Shown here one piece after another: positions 44,369 to 57,646 of a stretch of 64,000 bases of DNA. The DNA comes from Macrostomum hystrix (lineage: Eukaryota > Animalia > Platyhelminthes). A model generated the notes under the pieces. The model saw only the letters and a program-made list of their open reading frames with translations, had not been told where the DNA came from and ran no database searches. The first letter of the stretch is position 1; the number at the start of each line of letters is the position of its first letter. The translations under genes were made by a program, and so were the position numbers. Location: assembly GCA_950097015.1 (NCBI GenBank), contig CATNEN010000039.1:15376001-15440000 (forward strand), written 5' to 3'.

Positions 44369-45610
44369 GTCTGTCTCAATTCCGAGTAGTTGGATTAGCT
44401 TTTTAATTCTCCAAAAAAGATGTTGCTTGCTTTTTCGCTTCTGTATAACTATATATGGCCCTCAATCGCTGTGTAAATATTGGCGCTACTCAGCCTCCAT
44501 AGGCCTGTACGCCTAGATATGCACGCAGTTTCTTGGTAATATCCTTCTAGGGCAGCTTCAGCTGGGGACAAAAATACGGAAACTATAGAATTGCAATAAG
44601 AAGCATTAAATGGGTAAAAGAGAGAGGAGAGAATTTCCGCAGCCACGGAGTAGAGAGGAACGGATTTGGTCGTGAGGAAGAGACGAAATAGAAGAGAGAC
44701 AGAGAGGGATAGAGTGGGATTGTAGAGGACAGGCAAAGCAAACACGGATTAAGGGGATGCATACAGAATGTACACTTGGCCAAACACAGGCGGCATATAT
44801 ACATGTACATTTTTGCGGCCTGAATTTAGCTTATAGGTTTATCAATTTCTTTTGCTTTGCTTTGTGGCGTGCTTTGCAGCGCCTGAGCTGCTGCAAGTTG
44901 CCCTGCAAGCTTTTTTACTGGCCAATCCCAAACTTTTACCGCTTCCGTCTATATCTGCAGTCCCGCGATGAATTGTGTGATGTAACTGCGACTTTAGGGG
45001 GTATAATAATCTTTTTTAGGATTAGCTTCCCTGCGTCCCTTCCCTTCCCTTCGCTTTCTCCCCTCGATGACTCATCGTCTGTGACCTTGAGCTGTCAAAA
45101 CCCTTCTCAGTCAAAAATCTTCATATTTTTTCTGTCGCATTGCCGTCAAAATGCGCCCACCTCCCTCCTTTTTGAGTAATTCACGACTTCCTCAACTGTC
45201 AAGCGCCACCACCCCACCTCCCTTTCCAATTGCGCACATGGCCATAAAAAATTTCATATTTTTGGATCGCACTACCATCTCACTTCTTTGTTTTTCTTGT
45301 CAACATGCACCCACCCCACTCCATGTAATAAATCACCCCTTTTCCCGGGCCTGCACCCACCCATTACTCCCCGACCAAAAACCGATCGGCAGGCGAGGCA
45401 CGTGATCTGGCTGTCCAAAATCTCGGTCAGGGTCGGGCTGACCACGCGATCACGGCGTGAGCGCGTGACTCTGGGCTCTATTTAAGTGCAGCAAGCGAGT
45501 GGTGCTGCGCGCAGTTCAAGCAGACCTTTCGTTTTCCGTTCGATCCGTTTCGTTCACCTTTTCTTTCGTTGTCGTCACCTTCCGACGTTCCGTTCTCATC
45601 CGATCTCACA

Positions 45611-47420
45611 CGACAAGGCCCTGCTCATCCACTGCCTGGGTGCAGAGGGTCAGAACATCTTCATGTTGATTCAGCCGGTGGACGAAAGAGAAAAGCCGAA
45701 AACCGTGGTGGCGACTCTGCAGCTGCTGGACAAGCATTTCGGGCCGAAGGTCAACGTCGTGGCCGAACGGCACCGGTTCCGGCAGAGAGCTCAGCGGCCT
45801 GGCGAGAAAATCAGCGACTTCATCGCCGCACTGCGGAGCCTGGCAGCCAACTGCGACTTCAAGACTTTCCAGGAAGAGATGCTGAGGGATCAGCTCATCG
45901 AGAAGGTGCTCAGCAACCACATCCGTGAGCGACTGTTGATGGAGCCGAAGCTGACCCTGGAAACCGCCGTTCAGCTCACCGAACGGCTGGAGACCGGATT
46001 GCTCGAAGCCCAGGCCTTAAAGGGAGGCAACCGCGCAGACTCCGGTATCGCACAGGGAGTCCAGAACGTCAACAGTCGACGGCCTGATAGCTGGAAAGGC
46101 AAGGCGACAGCAAAGCGGCAGGAGACACCAAGGCCGGTCTCCGACTCCGGCCGGAACTGTGGCAACTGCGGCAAGGGAGCGCATCAGCGTGGACAGACCT
46201 GCCCGGCAAAAGGCAAGGAATGCAAGGCCTGCGGGAAGCTGGGGCATTTCGCCAGGGTCTGCAGGAGTGGAGGCCAGGTGCGACAGCTTGACGACGACTA
46301 CTCTGTCTGCACAGTGAAAACGGCCGTGGCAGCCAGCAAGTACTGTGAGGTGCTGCTGAACGGACTGCCTGTCAAGCTGCTCGTGGATTCCGCTCCCGGG
46401 TGTCCATCATCACTAAGGCGACCTACGGGAGGCTCTTTTCCAAGGTGCCGCTGCACGCGTCATCTCGGAAGCTGGTTGCGTTCAACGGCAGCAAAATCCA
46501 AGTGCTCGGCGACGTTCTGGTGTCCGTGCAGCTCAAGGAAAAGGTCGTGCCCTACTGCAACATCAGCGTGGTCAAGATGGGCTCCGACATCCTGGGCTGC
46601 GATCTCATGGATCAGCTGGGACTGCAGATCGTTACGGCAGACGGTGAACGGGTGCAGACGTTCGGTGACAGAGCCCTGCCTGACTGGATCCCGAGCCGGT
46701 TTGACCAGCTGACCAGAGGACTCGGGCACATCAAGGGATTTCAGCACAGGCCGCGAGTGAACCCGGCGGTGCAGCCGACTGCTGAGCAGCTGCGCAGAGT
46801 GCCGCTTAGTCTGCGTGACGCGGTGCATAAGGAGATCGACAAGCTGCTGCAACAAGGCATCATTGAGGAGGTCGACTCTTCGGACTGGGTTTCGAACCTG
46901 GTTGTGGTCCCGAAGGCCAACAGCGCGATTCGAATCTGCAACGACCTGAGAGGTCCGAACAAGAGCATCATACCGGACAGGTACCCGCTGCCAACCTTCG
47001 AGGAGCTCTCAGTCGAGTTTGAAAGTTCGCGGGTCTTCTCGAAACTGGACCTCAACTCATCCTACCTGCAGCTGGATCTGGCTGAAGACTTCAGGAACCT
47101 AACAACATTCGTGACTGAGCGAGGCCTGTACCGCTACCGGAGAGTCTGCTTCGGTCTCTGCAGCGCACCAGCCGCATTCCAGAAGGTCCTCGCCAAGATA
47201 CTCGGCGGCATCAAAGGCGCAGTGCACTTCATGGATGACATCGTGGTGCATGCAACTTCCAAGGATGAGCACAATAAGCAGCTGCTCATGGTGTTGCAAG
47301 CGTTGTTGACGCACAACGTGACCATCAACCCGGCCAAGTGCGCTTGGAGGCAGGAAAAAGTCAACTTCCTGGGCTACGAGCTGAGTGCATCCGGAGTCAG
47401 ACCACTGCGATCACACGTGC
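45611..47420 (+). mobile_element. Truncated Mag-like gypsy gag-protease-RT fragment
   Basis: AERHRFRQRAQ, LRDQL, CCHC knuckles, protease motif broken by a frameshift near 46390, RT KLDLNSSYLQ and FMDD; ends before RNase H; no paired LTRs seen. Confidence 0.9.
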
Positions 47421-48249
47421 AGCCAGCGTCAATTCCACTTAAAAGCTCCAGCCCTCCAAAACAGGCGTGCAATGCTTTATATATTTCTCAATCAATGCAT
47501 GTACATTAAAGAGGTGTCATTGGCATGTACATTGCGCAATCACCATTAAGCAATACTAGCAATCGGCCCACAGCACCAATATTAAAGTTCGCAACGTCAC
47601 AACAGCCTGCAGCCAGAGCCTCGCCGTCGGATCGGTGAGTTTCCCTTTTCTTGGGTTTGCTTTTCTCCTATGCGCTGGGGCAACTTCTAATTGTGCCAGT
47701 TTACTAAGCCCGTTACTCGGACTCTCTCCTAATTTACTGTATAATTTATGCGTTAATTGTGGCATTACATAATCGAACAGATTAAACGAATGGGATTATC
47801 AAATAGTCTGTGGGAACAGCTAAATCTTTATGACCAAATCTTTGTTTATCTTCTTTACTTCGTCAATTTGAATGGCGCAGATGGAGTAAGCTATAGTGCG
47901 CTGCTGCGGGGCCAAAGAATGAGGCCATGAGTACTTTTCTTAGATCGGATAATTCCGCAACACACAGCCGAAGTCCATCGACGATAGACCGACGAATAAG
48001 CATGCGAACTTAATTAGAATATCATATGATTTGATACAGTATGTTCCCAACCTAATGCTAATGCAAGACTAATGTAATTATAAATGCACTCTTAGTAGGG
48101 CTAGTTGGCTTTGCACACGAGAAAATATGGAAGCCGAACCTTAACCTATACTTGCATCGTTGGGGCCTGGTGACTAAGAGTAAATACTAATCCTAAATAA
48201 GCAGTGGACACGCTCGACCTTGGGCTGGCCCCTATCTTAGCTGCATCCC

Positions 48250-51200
48250 TGTGAGGCTTTCTTACGTAATATATTTGTACCACCCCGTTTTGGCCAATGG
48301 CTATAAATAGACAATGTGCGCACCGCGCGCGGGCAGATTTCTGCACTCTGGCTCTCAGTAGCCTCAGATAACTTACATCTGTCTTAGACAGAATGTCACA
48401 TGGTGGCAGCGGTGCAGGCTCAACTAAGCCATACAACCTGCGATCCAGAGATACAACAGGCGAATCTGCAGCCTCCAACAGGACGAGCTCGGCAGAGATG
48501 GAGACTGGTGCCACTGAAAGCGAGGAACTGAGCGGAATAGATAGTGCCAACCTCATGGAGACGATGAAGCTGATCTTGACGCACCAGAGTCGGCAACTTC
48601 AGGACATGGCACAGGCTCAGGAGAGACAGTCGGCATTCTATCTGGAGCAGCTAGCACGACAGCAGGCGGAATTCGCCAGACTCATGGCCGAGTCCAAGCC
48701 GAGACCGCAGACCGTGGAGCCGAAGCTGTTCAAGCTGACTGACGCGGACGACATAGAGTCATTTCTGGCGACATTCGAGAGATCGGCAACATCATGCGGA
48801 TGGCAGAAGCAAGATTGGACGATTCGACTTGGACCACTGCTGACGGGCAAGGCGCAAAGTGCATTCTACAGCCTGACGACAGCAGCGAGTGCGGACTATG
48901 AGATGGCAAAGGCGGCAATCCTGGCGCGGTATAACATTGTCGAGGAGACGTACCGGCAGCGATTCAGATCCTTGCGGAGGGCATCGGAGGAGTCGTACCA
49001 AGTGTTCGCCGCGAAACTGGAGGACCTATTCGATCGATGGATGACCGCTGGAGTGGACGAGGATGAGCGTGAGGAGCTGCGAGGAGGCGACACCATCATC
49101 AGACGGAAGGTGCTGCTGGAGCAATTCTCGGACTCGCTGGGGAGAGGACTCCAGGTGTGGATGCGAGAGAGGAAGCCGAAAAACATCAAGGAGGCGGACG
49201 AATTAGCGGACGACTATTATATGGCCCGCAGCAACGACAGAAACGGCGGAACTCACGATCAACGGAGTCAGGAAACACAGGATGTGAGTCATGTTAGGGC
49301 TAGCAATGCCGACCGGCACCGGGAAATTCAGAGAGCCCCAATGTCGAAGACGAAGATCAGCTGCTTTAACTGCGGAGGCCCCCACAAGAAGTTCCAATGC
49401 CCGAATAAGCCGAACAACAGCATCCATCTGGCCTCGGAAGACATGAAAGTCGGCACCAGCACTACAGGGACCAAAATGATTAAGGGGAAGGCAAGTGGCA
49501 AGGATCTGGAATTCCTCATGGACACTGGAGCGGATCGAACGACAATTCGACGTAATTGTCTCCCCGAAGACATCAATTGGACAGGGCGGCATGCACTATT
49601 GCGATGCTTTGGAGGCGATCTACACCGGCTACCTATTGCTAAAGTGGATTTGCACCTAAACGGCTTTGAGGGAATTGCCGATGTCTGCGTGTCTGACTCT
49701 CTACCGGTGAGCGCGTTAATTGGATTAGACTTGATTGGCCGGCTAGCCCCAGGGGTCGAAAACCCCACTGCCGCTGCGGGCGCTGCCCAGACTGCATACG
49801 AGACCCAGGCTGCAGACCCGCACCCTCCGGCCAATCAGGAGAAAGGGGTGGTGGGCGCTCCTGTCTGCCCCATACCCCAGTCCGAGGGGGACAGAGCGCT
49901 CGCGGACGAAGGCATTATGGCTAGCGGCCTAGTCCAGATCGATCCGGAGCCCCCCAGTACACAAAGGCCTAGACTGACCAGAGCCCAAGCGCGTAAACAA
50001 CGGCAAGAGTACAGAGAGAAAATGGAACCCAATATCGGCCAAATGGCTTGGGACTACGAGGCGGCAATCCAGGAGGACGGAGAAATGCTGGAGAAGTTGC
50101 GCGACAACGATGCCATCATAAAGGTTAACGGTCGGCTTTACCGGACCCAAGCAGCAGGCGAAGACCAACTAGTGCTACCAAAGTCTCTCAGGCTGACGGC
50201 GCTGACTCAGGCTCACGAGAGTGCCTTCGCAGGACATTTGTGTGTCAAGAAGACGAGCCAGCGGTTGCTGCAACGATTCTGGTGGCCTACCGTGGCCAAA
50301 GACGTCAAGGACTTCGTGACTACTTGCGACAAATGTCAGAAGACTGCTCGGATCGGTTGCACTCAAAAAGTACCGCTCGTGCAAGTACCAGGAGTAGAAG
50401 AAGCCTTCAGCAAGGTGATCATTGACATCAGCGGACCGTATCCGAAGTCCTCAAGCGGCCACAAGTACATTTTATCCGTGATCGATGCAGCGACCCGGTT
50501 CCCGGAGGGCTTTCCGCAGCGGAATATCGACGCCGAAACGGTGGCCAAGGCGCTGATCGACTGCTTCTCAAGAACTGGCTTCCCCAAAGGAGATCCAAAG
50601 CGACAAGGGCACGAACTTCTCGTCAGCGTTGCTGCAGGCCTTGTACCAATGCACTGGAGTTAAAGGCATTCAGTCAACGCCGTACCACCCGCAAAGCCAG
50701 GCGCTCGTGGAACGATTTCACGGCACACTCAAGACTATGCTCCGAAGGCTACCAGCCCGCGAAAAAAAGAAGTGGGACCTCTACCTGCCATACCTGCTAT
50801 TTGCTATCAGGGAGGTTCCGAATGAGACTACTGGGTTTTCACCATTCGAACTGCTCTACGGCCGGACTGTCCGAGGACCCCTGGATCTGCTGCGACAGAC
50901 GTGGGACGAGAAGCTGACCGCGGAGAAGAAGGACATCATCACCTTTGTCCTGGCCCAACGAGACCGGCTGCAGGCAGGGCTGGAGGCGTCAAGAAGTAAC
51001 GAGGAGCTGGAAAGAAAGCGGTGGAAGCACTGGTATGACCGGAGGTCTCGCGAGAGGGAGCTGGCGCCGGGTGATCAAGTGCTGCTGCTGCTGCCGTCGT
51101 CATCCACGAAGCTGCATGCTGAATGGCGAGGCCCCTATGAGGTCCTGGAGAAGTGCAACGACGTGAACTATCGGATTAGAATCGGCAAGAATACGAATGT

Positions 51201-53016
51201 GTTTCACATCAACCTGCTGAAGAAGTATAACTCGCGAGAGTCAATCTTGTTGGCAACGACCCGGAAGGCAGACCAGATCGACTCAGCACAAAGGAAGTCA
51301 GGCCTGCCGCAGCTGGCCGACACTCTGAACTTCGGGCAGAAGCGGCTCCTAGACAGTCTGGTTTGCGACTTCAAGGATGTCTTCAGCGAGACCCCCGGCA
51401 GGACGAGCCTGATGGAGCATCGAATCCGAACAACGTCTAACCAGGTGGTGCGCATCCGGCCGCGGCGGGAGCCGCAGGCATACCGGCAAGTTCTGCAGGA
51501 CGAGGTTCAGCGTATGCTGGACCTGGGTGTCATCGAACCGTCCGACAGCGACTACTGCTCCCCGGTGTGTCTGGTAGCCAAGAAGGACGGCTCAGTTCGG
51601 TTCACCGTCAACTTCAAGGCGCTCAATGAGCTGGTGGCTTTCGACTCCTACCCGATGAAGAACATCGAGGACCTGCTGGAGAGCGTCGCGAAGGCTAAGT
51701 TCATATCCAAGCTCGACTGCTGCAAGGGCTACTGGCAGATCCCGCTGGCCGAAAACTCCAAGCGGCTGACAGCATTCGCGGCCAATGGCAAGCTGTATCA
51801 GTTCACTGTGCTGCCTATGGGACTGAACTGCAGTAGCGCCACCTACCAGAGGCTGATGGACAAGGTGCTTCTCGGAATCGACAGTGCGGAGTCCTACATC
51901 GACGACATCGCCGTGTTTAGCGAGACGTTCGAGCAGCACCTCCAAGATCTACGGCGAGTTTTCAATCGGCTGAAAGCAGCTGGGCTAACTGTCCAGCCAC
52001 GCAAATGCTTTCTAGGCGGCACCTCGACGGACTACCTCGGATTTAAGCTGGGAAGCGACGAGATCAGCACCAGCGAGGACCGAGTACGGGCAATCAAGGC
52101 GCTTGAGCAACCCCGAACCAAGACTCAGCTGCGATCGGTGCTCGGCGTGCTCAACCACTATCGCCGGTTCATCCCGAACTACGCGGACCAGGTGGCGGCA
52201 CTGACGGAGCTCACCAGGAGAACGACGCCCGAGGACCTGACGGCGGCCTGGGGCGAGAAGCACACGCGAGCATTCGAAGTGGCCAAGGCACTGATGACAA
52301 GCGAGCCGGTGCTGCGCGCCCCGGACTACGGCCGGCCTTTCATCCTGGAGACGGACAGCTCGGAGACCGGCCTCGGAGCGGTGCTGACGCAGGAGTTCGA
52401 GGACGGCATTCACCCGGTGCTCTTCGTGTCTCGGCGGCTGACGGCGGCGGAGCAAGGTTACGCGACCATCGAGAAGGAGTGCCTCGCCGTGCGCTGGGCG
52501 GTCGAGAAACTGCGGCACTATCTGCTTGGGCGCCACTTCATCATCCGGTCGGACCACAAGCCGCTGCAGTACCTGCAACTGGACCACGCCAACCCGCGGC
52601 TGCAGCGATGGGCCCACTACCTGTCGGGCTTCGACTATGCGATCCAGTACCAGCCGGGCGAGAGCAACGGCGCCGCGGATGGCCTGAGTCGGCTTTGGAG
52701 TCCGACCAAGTGATTGATCTTATATGACAAACAGTGACAATGACTTTCAATTCGCTCATGTTGGTTAATTGTTTGAAGTGTTTTTTTCTAGCGTACAGTT
52801 AAATTTTGGTCTGTGTGTTTTCATGCCGTTTGATTTGGAGCGATTTTCGAACTTTTGGTGGAGGGTGTGAGGCTTTCTTACGTAATATATTTGTACCACC
52901 CCGTTTTGGCCAATGGCTATAAATAGACAATGTGCGCACCGCGCGCGGGCAGATTTCTGCACTCTGGCTCTCAGTAGCCTCAGATAACTTACATCTGTCT
53001 TAGACAGAATGTCACA
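48250..53016 (+). mobile_element. Full-length Gmr1-like LTR retrotransposon (gag-PR-IN-RT-RH)
   Basis: Identical 151-bp LTRs 48250-48400 and 52866-53016; 5-bp TSD ATCCC; PBS TGGTGGCAGCGGTG (tRNA-Leu type); PPT GGTGGAGGG. Confidence 0.97.
48393..52713 (+). CDS. Polyprotein with one +1 frameshift in integrase near 50586
   Basis: SCAN-like YRQRFRSL, CFNCGGPHKKFQC, MDTGA, integrase HHCC + D/D/E + GPY, then RT YIDD, then RNase H ETDSS/EKECLA/SDHKPL; the true start codon may lie downstream of 48393. Confidence 0.93.
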
Positions 53017-53478
53017 ATCCCTAAGAATAATCCCCTATGCGTAAGTCCTCTCTCTTCCTGAACCGTCTGCTGGTGGCAGCCATGCCTAGCAGGTCCTACC
53101 ATCCCACAACCCTGGTCCTTCCTATTTGGCTCCTGGGATCTTGGCCACTTCATCGCACTCAAAGCTACTCAATGTCGTCAGATGTGAGGACCGGTTCTCC
53201 CCTTTTCTATCCCTTGGGAGCCGGAAACGCCTCCAGGAGCGTCAAGCTGAAGGGGGCGACATCACACTGCATTTCATTTGCGAGACACTAAAATACGCAT
53301 ATATTTTATGCATGTGTACATGCAGAAGTCCCAAAATTATTTTTTAAGATTTAAAATGATCGCAAAAATATGCATGTAGCTGGGTCTGCACTAAGTGCTG
53401 CATGATACTATAGGTTGTAGCTCGTGTATTTACCTAACTATACTACTTAATATGTTCATAATCTAATGATGTTTAAAC

Positions 53479-53651
53479 CGTGGCGTGCTGCCTGGATTTT
53501 TTCTAGCGGCTTTGCCTCTGAGAGGGGCCAGATATATTACGCCTCGAAGTTTGTCAGCCGATTAGGGCCGGCACCAAATTAGTTTGGTCAGACGTTTAGC
53601 GAGCCCCCTTGCGTCGAACCTCTTCGATCCCCACCGCGGCTACGTCCCCCC
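53479..53651. mobile_element. Possible degenerate hAT-like MITE
   Basis: Weakly inverted GC-rich ends flanked by GTTTAAAC / GTTCAAAC (8 bp, 1 mismatch). Confidence 0.35.
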
Positions 53652-56083
53652 GTTCAAACTCATGATTTCAAACAAGAGAAAATCAAACAATTAAACAATT
53701 AAACGAAATCAGTTTTAATTCTGCATTTAGTCATTCAACTTCATGTATAAACTCCGAGCACATCAGATTCCTATCAATGAAGACCACTGTAGTTTAATGT
53801 AGAATAACTGCAACAGCTAATTATTATAGACTCCGCTGTGTCCCTGATATGTTTCCGTGGCCTGCTTACTGACATGGCTGCTGTGCCCCTACGTCCAGGA
53901 ATTATAGACACGGCTGCAGTGTCCATAACGTTGCATCCATCGAATACGGCTATAATACGGCTGCCGTGCCCCTAAGTGTGGAGATTTTCTAAATAGTTTC
54001 GAATGTAACGTAAGACACACGAGTTATCACATGACATCAAATTTCCCGTAAGGTTTCGTCTTAAAGTCATTTAAAAAATTATATTTATTTGCTAGGCGCT
54101 CCAAGTCCTGGTCAACAATTTAGCCGCAGGGTAAGCGTCCCCATGATAATTGATTTAACGAATGTGAAAATCCGGAACATTTCAAAGCAGCCTATGTGTG
54201 TGTTTTTTAATTTCAATAAATCGCCGTTTATTTGTACACAGAGTTATAAATTTTATTACGAGTACGACATCTTCACATCTTCAACCCGACTCTTTTTTAC
54301 TAATATATTAACTGGAAGTGTTAATGATGATTAAGACTCTTCTTTTCTGTACCATTATCTATATTAAATTTATCATGCCATGGCAAGTCCTTGTTTCTCC
54401 TTTCCAAGCTTGTGTCTATATATATATATATATGTTCATCGCGTAGGCCTAGCCTAACTTATTGCATAAAAAGTAGCTAATATACTTTTCAAGTGCTAGG
54501 CTTAGGCCTATATAAATTTATTGCGTCGATGGTTGTCTATTATGAACTATGAAGTAAAGATATGTGGCTAGCTAGCTAGGCTAGGGTAAGCTATTCTTAA
54601 GCTGGCTATAGGCCTATAGGGCCTAACTTGGCTTTTGATTTATCATCATATTTTAAATAGAAAATCTGTAGCTTAGGTTTGAAGTTGAAAAAATACACAT
54701 TCTTGTTTGGTTGATGATACATTACCCTAGCAGTTCTGCCTAGGCCTAATTATTTCAAGTTTGATTCTGTGCCTAGGCCTACAGTGCTACATATCACATA
54801 GACTTTTAATTTTATCCAAATAGTCATGTCATTTCATCTGTTGAAAGGCCTAAACCATAGAGTTGGGCACATTCAATAATTGGTGTGGCATGACTAATTG
54901 GATAAAATTCAACAATAATTTATACCCTATTGGAGCCAATAGGGGTTTTTGCCGACAGCGTCCAGCACGTTTGTGAAAAATTGCCTGCGTGGCTGCACGG
55001 AAAGAAATTCCTGTCCGCACGGCCACGCCTTGTGTGTAAAGTTGTCGTAAGTATGTAGATGTATAACAAACAGTGCACCCTTGTGCCCCTACACGAAAAC
55101 ATGCTCTGCAGCCCGAGTACAAAGACAACCTTAGCTGTTCTAATTATAGAAATACACTAGGCCTACTGAGATCAAAAAAGGTCATTTGGTATATGTATCC
55201 ATATTTTTGCGAAATCACCATGTACTTGTTCTATTTTTAGAAATACACTACAGATATCAAAAAAGGTCTTTCCACATTTTTTTGTGAAATCAATTACTAC
55301 CTTGACTAAAGATATATAGCGATTGCGGATTTGTGCTCTTTTTCTTGAAAACAACTGCTCACCTGCACGCCTAGCAGGAGTGTCCGCAGCTTTTTTAAAT
55401 TTGTTCAATTTATAGAATTTATATTGGTATTTTATTGTAGGCCTATGATTACTACCAGATGTTGATTATATGTAGGAGCACATATAAAAACAACAAGAGC
55501 AGCACATTTAATCTATTGTGATGCCATGCATGTCATGTTATATACTAAGCTCTTGAAAAATAGCAGCTGCCAGCAGACAAAATGACAATTTTGAAAAAGG
55601 ATGCGAATTGTAAAAACATATTATTCTGAAAGATTTATTTTATTTGCAGAAAGTCTATTTATGATAGTAAAAGTTTTCATAACATTAATATATATGTTTA
55701 GGCCTAATTTTAGTTTTATAGCATCATTTATGCCATAGTCCGGATCATGATAGGGTGTACGCCAAACTAAAACTTAATGGATCCACAGTTTGTAAGCCAA
55801 ATTTTTTCTGCCTTCCCTAACTGTATGCCACCTTTACAGGTTCAAATTTCTTACTTCAAAACTATTCAATGAAAAGTTGAATAGTTTCCAACTCCAAGAT
55901 ACCAATAGTACACTATATACTATAATACACACTATAATACACTATATGGCACATAATGCCAGTTAGTTTCAATTAGCAAATAATCAGTTGATCAGTTAGC
56001 ATTAATCCATGAATTAGTTAATTTAGTTAACAAAAAATGGAGCACATCACAATTTAAATACTTAATTACATCTATGTTATATA

Positions 56084-56676
56084 AGGGGCGAGTGGGTCAG
56101 TGGCTAACGTCGCTGCCTCGCACTCCAAAGGACACTAGTTCGATTCACCCTTCAAGTCACGATTAATTTTGGGACTTGTTGGGGGGGTTTGGACAGTAGC
56201 GACCGGTGGAGGTGCACCATATTTCATGCAATCAAAGCTTGAAATAATAGCCTCGCTCCTACCTTCTGTGTGCCTGTTCTGCATTGTATGAGTTTGTGCA
56301 TTGGCACTGGTACGTTAGACCTTGCGGGGGGTGGCTAGAGGGCGGGTGTACACCGCCAAGCGCTCTCTGGAATTCTGTCAGCGCGATTGGATAAGTGTAC
56401 ACTCATCACCCGCCCCCCTGAGGACTGATTACTTATCAGCCTTCCGCCCTGGCTTGGTCTGCTCTGTGCGTGTGGGGCTGGGGTGGGGGGACACTGCTGC
56501 CTATTCTGGGTGCCTCCTGCCCTCCCCAGCTGGTCTGTGCTGCTGTGTGTGGTGCTTGCTCAGGGGAGGCAGCGCGATGGGCGCTAAAGCGCCTAGTTTG
56601 CCGGTCTGGGGGTGTGCCACTCCGTCACTTGTGTGACAAGTGCCCCGGGCCCCCCTGCAGATAGATAGATAGATAG
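56084..56676 (+). mobile_element. tRNA-derived SINE, family B, about 590 bp
   Basis: A box TGGGTCAGTGG, B box GTTCGATTC, (GATA)n tail, 14-bp TSD ATCTATGTTATATA at 56070-56083 and 56677-56690. Confidence 0.9.
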
Positions 56677-57646
56677 ATCTATGTTATATATATCCCTGTT
56701 ATACTGCAAGCAAGTAAATATATATATTATGCCTTTAGCAGCAGGTTTTATTATAATATTAAAATTATTTATTAGAACAATAGATAGGAATATATTTTGT
56801 TAAAGTGAATGTATTTTTAACATAAATTCCATTTTTAATTATCTTGCAAATTCCTAAAAATACCAAGGTTTATGTATATTACATTGCAAGTTTGCAACAG
56901 TAAAAGCCTGTATGCCACTCACACCAATAGATAAGGCCCAATTTTTTGGTTGTATGCTAATGTACGCCAATAGGGTTAGCAAGGGGACTATGGCATTTGA
57001 GGACTATGGCTTCAAAACTTTGAAGCAGTCTTTCAAGAAAAATATTTTAGTCTTTGTGGCATTAGCTTTAGCTTTCATGGATAATTGTGTTGTTTGTCAT
57101 GCTGTTGTTATAGCTAGGCAGCATGCCTTTCAGTGTGATATGCAACCATTGGCAATGTTTGGAAATGGGAATATTTTGTTCCAGCTTTGTGTATTTATCG
57201 GCTACTTATTGGTTCCTAAATTTCCAGAAAAATCCTAGCATTCTAACCAATTATAAGATGTTTATATAACATTTCAATATAAAGCTTGATGAAATAATTA
57301 GTTATTATGACTAATGCCAACTTAAGCATATGAATGAACTATATTTTATATTGTCAGACAAAACAACTATATCATGTATTGGGAGACAAAAGGTGGCAGA
57401 CAAAAAAGGGTGGACAAAATGATTGTTACACAACTAGCTAAGGTTGAAGTTGCAATGTGAATAATTATAGTCAGTTGTATGTTTAGGGGCTCCAGTGAGA
57501 AAAAAAAATAAATCCATATTTTTGGTTTTCTTGTGTTACAGATCTTGCTTGTCTAAGTTAAAAGACACATCACTCATCAAAATTGGTCAAGTAATAAAAA
57601 GTTATAGCAGTTTTTTAATAAACATTTTAGTTGTTTTTGTAATGTA

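Noticed and set aside
50575-50600. Programmed ribosomal frameshift in the Gmr1-like element
   Set aside because: It falls between integrase catalytic residues; a single-base insertion or sequencing error is more parsimonious
48638-52759. Numerous antisense and alternative-frame ORFs over retroelement coding regions
   Set aside because: Expected shadows of GC-rich coding sequence with no recognisable motifs
44976-53266. One large element bounded by TGTGATGT...ACATCACA
   Set aside because: Only an 8-9 bp inverted match and no target-site duplication
54850-55408. Short minus-strand ORFs, possibly a decayed transposase
   Set aside because: No diagnostic motif or termini could be supported
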